From positions 2,232,001 to 2,296,000 of the forward strand of contig OZ024756.1 in assembly GCA_964016885.1 (NCBI GenBank): 64,000 bases of DNA, in the 5' to 3' direction. Numbering within the stretch: the first letter of the stretch is position 1; each line of letters opens with the position of its first letter. Shown here piece by piece: positions 55,030-64,000 of this stretch. Origin of the DNA: Eledone cirrhosa. Its lineage: Eukaryota. The position numbers and the translations under genes are program-made. Under the pieces are notes generated by a model, which saw nothing but the letters and a program-made list of their open reading frames with translations, searched no databases and had not been told where the DNA came from.

Positions 55030-57492
55030 TGGTGGTGGCGGTGGTGGAGGCGGTTGGGATGATGCAGATAGTGGAGGTGGTAGTGGTGATGTTGCCGGTA
55101 ATTGTGATGATGGTGGTGGTGTTGGCGGTGGTTGAGATGATGATGGTGGTGTTGTTGGCAGTGGTTGAGATGATGATGGTGGTGGTGTTGGCGGTGGTTG
55201 AGATGATGATGGTGGTGTTGTTGGCAGTGGTTGAGATGATGATGGTGGTGGTGTTGGCGGTGGTTGAGATGATGATGGTGGTGCTGGTGGTTGTGATGGT
55301 GGTGGTGTTGGTGGTGGTGGTGGTGGTGGTGGTGGTGGTGGTGGTGGTGGTGGTGGTGGTGGTGGTGGTGGTGGTGGTGGTGGTGGTGGTGGAAGTGGTG
55401 GTATTAGGGGTGGTGGTGGTGGGGGTGGGGGTAGTGGTGGTGGTGGTGATGGTGGTGGTAGTGGTGGTGGTGGTGATGGTGGTGGTAGTGGTGGTGTTGG
55501 AGGTGGTGGTGGTTGGGGTGGTGGTGGGGTGGGTGGGTGGGGGGGTGGGGGGGGGGGGGGGGGGGTAGTGGTGGTGGTGGTGATGGTGGTGGTAGTGGTG
55601 GTGATGGTGGTGGTAGTGGTGGTGTTGGAGGTGGTGGTGGTAGGGGTGGTGATGGGGATGGTGGTGGTAGTGGTGGTGTTGGAGGTGGTGGTGGTAGGGG
55701 TGGTGGTGGGGGGTGGTGGTAGGGGTGGTGGTGGGGGTGGTGGTAGTGGTGGTGGTGGTGATGGTGGTGGTAGTGGTGGTGCTGGAGGTGGTGGTGGTAG
55801 GGGTGGTGATGGAGATGGTGGTGGTAGGGGTGATGGTGGAGGTGGTGGTGATGGTGGAGGTGGTTGTAGTGGTGGTGGTGGTAGTGGTGGTGGCGGTGGT
55901 GGTGGTGTTTGTGGTAGTGGTGGTGTTGGAGGTGGTGGTGGTAGTGGTGGTGGTGGTGGTAGTGGTGGTGTTGGAGGTGGTGGTGGTGGTGGCGTTGGCG
56001 GCGGTAATAGTGGTGGTGTTGGAGGTGGTGGTAGTGGCGGTGTTGGAGGTGGTGGTGGTGGTGGAGGTGGTGGTAGTGGTGGTGGTGGTGGTGGTGGAGG
56101 TGGTGGTAGTGGTGGTGGTGGTGGTGGTGGTGGTGGAGGTGGTGGTAGTGGTGGTGGTGGTGGCGTTGGCGGCGGTAGTAGTGACAAATAATTTATTGTA
56201 CAACTGCCGTTGGTCAGGTGAGATTTCCAGGTGTGTGATGAGTGTTTAGTTGATAGATATGGTGGTGTCGGGGTTTGTTATGGGGGTGTAGTGGTGTTGG
56301 TGTGATGGTGGGGATACTAGTAGTAACAGTGGCTGCTGTAGTGTAGCAACTGTAGTAGTTGTGGATGTAGTAGTTAGGCAAGTGGAGGTGGTGGGCGTGG
56401 TGGTTGTGGTGATGGTGGTTGTGGTGGCGGTGGTGGTGGTGATGGTGGTGGTGTTTGTGGTGGGCGTGGGGATGGTTGGGATGATGATGGTGGAGGTGGT
56501 TGTGATGATGATGATGGTGGTGGAGGAGTTGGTTGTGATGATGGTGGCGGTGGCGATTATGGTGATGGTGATGGTGGTGGTAGTTGTGATGTTTGTGGTT
56601 GTGGTATTTGCAGTGATAGTGATGGTTGTCGTGGTAGTGGTGGTGGTGGTGTTGGCGGTGGTAGTGGTGATGGTGGTTGTTATTGGGGTGGTGATGGTTG
56701 TGGTGGTAGTGGTGGTGATGGTGGTGGTGTTGGCGGTGGTAGTGGTGATGGTTGTGTTATTGTGGTGGTGATGGTTGTGGTGGTAGTGGTGGTGATGGTG
56801 GTGGTGTTGGTTGTTATTGTGGTGGTGATGGTTGTGGTGGTGGTATTTGAGTGATGGTGATAGTTGTGGTAGTAGTGGTGGTGGTGGTGGTTGTTATTGT
56901 CGTGGTGGTGGTTGTGATGGCGGTAGTGGTTTTTATTGTGGTGGTGGTTGTTATTGTGGTGGTGGTTGTTATTGTGGTGGTGGTGGTTGTGATGGTAGTC
57001 GTGGTTGTGGTGGTGGTAGTGGTTGTTATTGTGGTGGTGGTTGTTATTGTGGTGGTGGTTGTTATTGTGGTGGTGGTGGTTGCTATTGTGGTGGTGGTTG
57101 TTATTGTGGTGGTGGTGGTTGCGATGGTAGTGGTGGTTGTGGTGGTGGTAGTGGTTGTTATTGTGGTGGTGGTTGCTATTTTGGTGGTGGTGGTTGTGAT
57201 GGTAGTGGTGGTTGTGGTGGTGGTAGTGGTTGTGGTGGTGGTGGTGGTGGTTGTTATTGTGGTGGTGGTGGTTGCTATTGTGGTGGTGGTGGTTGTGATG
57301 GTAGTGGTGGTTGTGGTGGTGGTTGTGATGGTAGTGGTGGTTGTGGTGGTGGTAGTGGTTGTTATTGTGGTGGTGGTTTTTATTGTGGTGGTGGTTGCTA
57401 TTGTGGTGGTGGTGGTTGCTATTGTGGTGGTGGTGGTTGTGATGGTAGTGGTGGTTGTGGTGGCGGTGGTGGTTGTGGTGGTGGTAGTGGTG
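55030..57492. repeat. (GGT)n-based low-complexity tract
   Basis: Direct reading. Confidence 0.95.
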
Positions 57493-57894
57493 TAGGGAGA
57501 AGGATTACAGTAGGGTCAACGCCTCTAAAACCACCGACCAAGGACAGCCAGGTGATGTTAAACCAAACAACGGGTTACCTAAAAGTAAAAACATACCGAA
57601 CTAAAAAAATACTATATGCTATTTTAGTCCGGCATTTTACCGTTGCAGCCATACTGCAATGCCCCCCCCCCCAGTCCCCAACCCTCCTCTTCCCCTCCTC
57701 TACCCCACCTCCCCCTCCACCAATCAATAATGAACCAACAAGAAACAGGAGAAAAACAATCAAGAAATCGATAAACTACATGCCAAGTTGATGAAAGGTG
57801 AGAGTTCGAATATCGATTTTGCCGAAACAGCTGTAAGGAAAACTGTTCTTAATATTGTCATTTGTGATGCAAATTTACACTGAAAGATAATTTG

Positions 57895-58390
57895 AACCAC
57901 AACAACAACAACAACAACAACAGTGACAGTGACAACAACAGTGAGAGTGACAACAACAACAGTGACAACAACAACAACAACAGTGTCAACAACAGTGGTA
58001 GTGACAACAACAACAACACCAGTGGTAGTGACAACAACAACAGTGACAACAACAACAACAGTGACAACAACAACAGTGACAACAACAACAGTGACAACAA
58101 CAACAACAACAACAACAGTAACAACAACAACAACAACAGTGACAACAACAACAGCAGTGACAACAACAACAGTGACAACAACAACAACAGTGACAACAAC
58201 AACAACAGTGACAACAACAACAGTGACAACAACAACAGTGACAGTGACAACAACAACAGTGACAACAACAACAACAACAACAACAACAGTGACAACAACA
58301 GTGGTAGTGACAACAACAACAACAACAGTGACAACAACAACAACAGTAACAACAACAACAAGAGTGGTAGTGACAACAATAGCAATAATA
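57895..58390. repeat. (AAC)n with agtgac interruptions
   Basis: Direct reading. Confidence 0.95.
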
Positions 58391-58799
58391 TGAACAATAC
58401 AACTACCTTCACCACCACCGCCACAACCGTCACCTCCAACACCCCTGCCAACAACAAAACCAAGACCAGCGCTAGCACCAGTACCAGAACCTCCACCACC
58501 ACCACCAGCATCAAGGTCATCACCATCACCAACACCGTCGTCATCATTAGTCCCCCCGCCCCAAACAACCACCACCAACACCCCTTCCAACATCACCACC
58601 ATTAACAAAACCAACACCAGTGTTAGAACGTCAGATAAGATACTTTATAGTATTAGTTCCGCCTCTCAGCTCTCTGAGTTCAAATCCCACCAAGGTCAAC
58701 TTTGCCTTTCATCCTTTAGAGGTCGATAATAAAAAGTACGAGTGTAGTACTGGGATCGATTCTTCCTCTATATCTCTTTCTTAGGGTTAACATGCCCTA

Positions 58800-60206
58800 G
58801 AAACGTTGTGTGGCAATACGGCGCCCCTACAACTCAGGAGTTACGGAACCATACATACATGTATGATGGTTGCAAACTCTGCTAAGAGTATTGCAATCGC
58901 TTGTCAGATTTATAAAGTTTGGTGCACTTTTAGGCTACGGCCAGCCACACAAACTTGTAACAGATCCTGGACAAGCAATGCCTGTGTTTTGAAGGTTTTT
59001 TAAGTGGGGAAAGGCCTTGCTCTCGCCCAATCCCACTCTCTGAGCATCGAAAACACTACCCGAAAATGAGAACTGGTCAACATCATCGGATGCTTCCGAA
59101 GCCCCAGGTTTTCTTTTCATAGTTTCTCTCTCCTAGAGTTGTGACAACAAATGGGGGCCTTTCACTCCCAGGTGAAAAAAAAAAAAAAGTACTATTTGCT
59201 TGGCCGTTGACTGCGGAGTTCCTCCGCCCGTTGCCGGGTCTTGTATTTCATCCCACAGGGTGTCCAAATATCACCCTCCTCACCAAGCAAGCACCACTAC
59301 CACAAACACCACCACCACCGCCACCACCACTACCACCACCACCACTACAACCACCTCCACCATCACCACCACCTCCACCATCACCCCTACCACCACCATC
59401 TCCATCACCACCCCTACCACCACCACCTCCAGCACCACCACTACCACCACCATCACCACCACCACCACTACCACCACCATCACCACCACCACCACTACCC
59501 CCACCCCCACCACCACCACCCCTAATACCACCACTTCCACCACCACCACCACCACCACCACCACCACCACCACCACCACCACCACCACCACCAACACCAC
59601 CACCATCACAACCACCAGCACCACCATCATCATCTCAACCACCGCCAAGCATGGTGGGGTTGCCGGTTTAGTCGCCGACGACCCGACTATGAGACAGGTT
59701 GTACTGGGTTACATGTTACCAGTAGCACTTGAGAGCGACCTGACATACATACATATACACATATATACATACATGGTGGCTGCCAACTTGTTTTCAAATA
59801 CGGCCACTACTTTATATCCATGTAGGAGAACCCCTACCGATGCGCTGAACGAGTGTGACTTTTTAGTCCAGCCAGCGATTGAAAACTCTGGTACAAACAC
59901 TACACTTGTGACAATTATTGACACATAGTGATGGGCACATGGTACCATGTGACGACAAGTGCAGAGAGATCTCCAGATATAGAGCAATGCTTGTGCCGTG
60001 AAGCTTTTATAGTGAGCAAAGGCACTGCACAAAGCCAGTCCCACTCTCTTAACCAAGATGATATTTACCAAAAAGAAGAACAAGTCAACATCATTGGATA
60101 CCATCAGGGTTGCAGGTGTTATATCAGAGTTTTCCTTCTCCTAGAATTCTGCCTTGACAAAGGCTAAGGGGTCATCTCTCCCGGAGGCTAAGGGGTCATT
60201 TCTCCC
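58800..60206 (-). mobile_element. Two degenerate RTE-like 5' regions, one interrupted by an inverted GGT-tract copy
   Basis: 58972-59140 and 59982-60150 are mutually homologous (agcaatgc..aaaggc..tcccactctct..gtcaacatcat.ggat..tctcctaga). They resemble reversed RTE 5' UTRs, from memory only. Confidence 0.5.
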
Positions 60207-61300
60207 ATACATACATACATACATACATACATACATACATACATACATGCATACATCTATTTCTCACCTCTCTAGCTCTCTCCCTCCTTTACTTTGGAAG
60301 ATATTGGCTCTCTCCAGATCTTTTGAGGAGACATTCTCCGCCAAATTTTAATGTCCAATGTCTAGATGTTCGACAATGACGTGATACATACAAGGAGTAC
60401 TCGGCTCGTTATGGTCGACTAAAATCAAGGCGGAGCCCCAGCATGGCCGCAGCCTACTGTAACAACAATATGAAATACAAGTTAATGTGTGTGGCTGGAA
60501 GAGATGTACCTGTATTGAACTTCGGTCTCTTTGGAAAATGAGTCCTCCACTTGTTCTAACAACAGACAAACGTCAATACATTCACCCTTCTCGTATTTTT
60601 CAGGGAGATTCAGCATGTCGCAAGTGTGTGACAAGGTTGATCCTTTGAATTACAGGTACAATTCATTTTTGCCAGCTGTGTTGTGTGTAGTAAAACATGA
60701 AATAAAGTGTCTTGCTCAAGGATACAACGCATCAGCGTGAAGAGAAATCCCGACCTTATGTCTGCGAGTCACAGTCTAACCATTAAGTCACACACTGGTA
60801 GATAAAACAAGTGTAAAGTATGTCTCGACTGCGGAGGTTCATCGGGTGGTTGCATATCCAGGTTTCCATGATGTGAAGCGACTGAAAATAAAAGAGTCCC
60901 ATCTCAGGGTTAAACCCCCCAGCTATTGGAGGTATTCATTTTCAGCTGAGTATACTGGGGTAACATGAAATGAAGTGTTTTGCTAAAGAACCCAACACAA
61001 CTCAGTCCGGGAATCGAACCCGCGACATTATGTTTGTAAGTCCATCACCCTTACCACTAGGACTTGTGCCTCCAGTAAGAATACTGGAACAACGTGAAAT
61101 GAAGTGCTTTGCTCAAAAAACAAAACACAACCAAGCCCAGGAATCGAACCCACAATATTATGATCGCAAGTCCAACACACTTAGCACTACGCCACTCAGC
61201 TTCACTGAATATGCTGGAGCAACGTGAAACGAAGTGATTTGCTCAAGAACAGAACGCGTACCTCAGTCCAGCAATAGAACTCCCGGCATTATGATCGTAG

Positions 61301-61488
61301 GGCGGTGGATTTGCAGTATCGATAGAGGGTCGAACGCCATACTTTGTAGCATAGAGTTACGCCCTATTATGATCTGAGTTCAAACCCTGGCGAGGTTAAC
61401 GTTGCTTTTTCATCCTTACAGGGTCGATGAAATAAAGTACCAATAATACACTGATATAATTGCTGGCCTTGTGCCAAAATTAGAAACA
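61301..61488 (+). mobile_element. Full-length Nin-type SINE nested in the CORE-like SINE, 13-bp TSD
   Basis: attatgatcgtag at 61288-61300 and 61489-61501. Confidence 0.92.
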
Positions 61489-61534
61489 ATTATGATCGTA
61501 GTCAACACACTTACCACTAAGCCACGCGGCTGGA

Positions 61535-62250
61535 GTAACGGGAAATGAAGTGTTTTGCTCAAGAACACAACACATAACCCAGTCCACGAACGTGAGATGA
61601 AGTGTCTTGCTCAAGAACACAACAAATAACCCAGTCCAGTAATGTGAGATGAAGTGTTTTGCTCAAGAACACAACACATAACCCAGTCCAGCAACGTAAG
61701 ATGAAGTGTTTTGCTCCAGAACACAACACATAACCCAGTCCAGCAACGTGAGATGAAGTGTTTTGCTCAAGAACACAACACATAACCCAGTCCAGTAATG
61801 TGAGTTGAAGTGTTTTGCTCAAGAACACAACACATAACCCAGTCCAGCAACGTGAAATGAAGTGTTTTGCTCAAGAACAGAACACATAACCCAGTCCAGC
61901 AACGTGAGATTAAGTGTCCTGCTCAAGAACACAACACATAACCCAGTCCAGCAACGTGAGATGAAGTGTTTTGCTCAAGAACACAACACATAACCCAGTC
62001 CAGCAACGTGAGATGAAGTGTTTTGCTCAAGAACACAACACATAACCCAGTCCAGCAACGTGAGATGAAGTGTTTTGCTCAAGAACACAACACATAACCC
62101 AGTCCAGTAATGTGAGATGAAGTGTTTTGCTCAAGAACACAACACATAACCCAGTCCAGTAATGTGAGATGAAGTGTTTTGCTCAAGAACACAACACATA
62201 ACCCAGTCCAGTAATGTGAGATGAAGTGTTTTGCTCAAGAACAGAACACG
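61535..62250. repeat. 52-bp minisatellite, about 13 copies, derived from the SINE body
   Basis: gaacacaacacataacccagtccagcaacgtgagatgaagtgttttgctcaa; period 52 (61771, 61823). Confidence 0.95.
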
Positions 62251-62444
62251 TACCTCAGTCCAAGGAATAGAACTCCCGACATTATGATCGTAGTCAACAC
62301 ACTTACCACTAAGCCACACAGCTTCAATGGTAGTGACTTTATTTGTGATGAGAACAAGAGAAGCTGTGGACGTCCAATACAGATGATAGCATTGTCGTAG
62401 ACAGGGCTATAATAAGGTTGGATATTGTAGTGATATTAGAGTGG

Positions 62445-64000
62445 ATTTGGTGGTGGTGGTGTGGTGGTGGTGGTGTGATGGTGGTGGTGTTATTGGTGGT
62501 GGTGTGGTGGTGGTGGCAATAGTGGTGGTGGTGTTGGTGTGGTGGTGTTGGTGGTGTGGTGGTGTGGTGATGGTGGTGGTATTGGTGGTGGTGTGGTGGT
62601 GTGGTTATGGTGGTGGTATTGGTGGTGGTGTGGTGGTGGTGGCAGTAGTGGTGGTGGTGTTTGTGTGGTGGTGTTGGTGGTGGCAGTGGTGGTGGAGGTG
62701 TTGGTGGTGGTATTGTTGGTGGTGTGGTGGTGTTGGTGATGGTGGTGGTATTGGTGATGGTGTGGTGGTTGTGGCAGTAGTGGTGGTGATGTTGGTGGTG
62801 GCAGTGGTGGTGGTGGTGGTGGTGTGGTAGTGTTGGTAGTGGCAGTGTTGGTGATGGTGTTGGTGGTGGTATTGTTGGTGGTGTGGTGGTGGTGGTGGTG
62901 TTGGTGGTGGTATTGGTGGTGGTGTGGTGGTGTTGGCAGTGTTGGTGGTGGTGTTGGTGGTGGCAATGGTGGTGGTGGTTTGATGGTGGTATTGGTGCTG
63001 GTGTGGTGGTGGTGGTGTTGGTGGTGGTATGGGTGGTGGTGTGGTGGTGTTGGCAGTGGTGGTGGTGGTGTTGGTGGTGGCAGTGGTGGTGGTGGTGGTG
63101 GTGTGGTGGTGTTGGTGGTGGCAGTGGTGGTGTTGGTTTGGTGGTGGTATTGGTGGTGGTGTGGCGGTGGTGGTGGTGTTGGCAATGATGGTGGTGGTGT
63201 TGGTGGTGACAGTGGTGGTGGTGGTTGTGGTGTGGTGGTGGTGGTGGTGGTGTGGTGGAGTTGGTATTGGTGGTGGTGGTGTTGGTGGTGGCAGTGGTGG
63301 TGGAGGTCTGGTGGTGTTGGTGGTTGCAGTGGTGGTGGTGGTTTACTGGGGGTGTGGTGGTGTTGTGGTGGTGTGGTGTGGGTGTGGTGGTGTTGGTGGT
63401 GGCAGTGGTCGTGGTGGTTTGGTGTGGGTGTTGTGGTGTTGTGGTGGTGTGGTGTTAGTGGGGGTGGTGTCTTGGTGGTTTGGTGGTGGTGTGGGGGTGT
63501 TGGTGGTTGTGTGGTGGTGGTGGTTTGGTGGGGGTGTTGTGGTGTTGTGTTGGTGTGGTGTTAATGGTAGTGGTGTTGTGGTGGTTTGGTGGGGGTGTGG
63601 GAGTGGGGGTGGTTGTGTAGTGTTGGTGTGGTGGTGTTGTGGTGGTGTGCTGCTGTTGGTGGTAGTTTGGTGGGGGTGTGGTGGTGTTGGTGGTGATGTG
63701 GTGGTGGTGTGGTGGTGTTGGTGGTGGTGTGGTCGTCGGTGGTTGTGGTGGTGGTGCTGTGGTGGTGTTGGTTGTGTTAGTAGTGGTATTGTAGTGGTAT
63801 TGTGGTGTTAGTCGTGGTATTGTGGTGGTGTGGTAGAGGTGTTGGTATTGGTGGTGGAGGTGGTGTTGCTATTTGTTGTGGTATAGGTGATGGCATAGGT
63901 GGTGGTATTGATGTAGGTATTGGTGGTGTTGTTGATGGTATAGGTCTTGGTATAGGTGGTGGTATTGGTGGTAGTATAGGTGGTAATATAGGTAGTACAG
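62445..64000. repeat. (GGT)/(GT) low-complexity tract
   Basis: Direct reading. Confidence 0.95.

Larger units (their letters stand above)
60600..62320 (-). mobile_element. Cluster of a second tRNA-derived SINE family (CORE-like domain)
   Basis: Minus-strand A-box gtggcttagtggt, B-box-like ggttcgattcc, and gtgttgtgttcttgagcaa.acacttcat in at least five heads. Confidence 0.75.

Noticed and set aside
60603-60655. AG/GT-bounded exon-like segments here and at 38016-38055
   Set aside because: They appear to lie within interspersed repeat sequence.

Overview
Eukaryotic, AT-rich DNA saturated with microsatellites. It is most likely intronic or intergenic sequence from an octopus-like cephalopod; this is an inference from a very abundant tRNA-head SINE with a Nin-type central domain and the extreme simple-repeat load. 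No host gene can be called confidently (only a few candidate small + strand exons), and nearly all ORFs in the track are translations of simple repeats. Real coding sequence is retroelement-derived: three Tx1/L1-clade LINE copies (1-3457, 44075-44690, 50700-54820), RTE and CRE-like LINE fragments, and two Penelope-like element (PLE) coding fragments (GIY-YIG C-terminus 16109-16291; Naiad-like thumb/linker 41621-42105). The main signal is invisible to the ORF track. The short unique islands between (TA)n tracts are about 25 small insertions from many unrelated families, and about 15 of them fold by hand into type I hammerhead ribozymes (CUGANGA...GAAA...NUH). Many have an enlarged stem II and a mismatched 10.1-11.1 pair. 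About a dozen insertions are asymmetric hairpins (tail + inverted repeat), and in at least six the fold-back apex lies in or right next to the ribozyme. Two are more-than-unit-length direct repeats (retrozyme or circle-like). This looks like a (TA)n-targeted, ribozyme-carrying PLE/retrozyme ecosystem. All folds and alignments were done by eye, and element boundaries are approximate.
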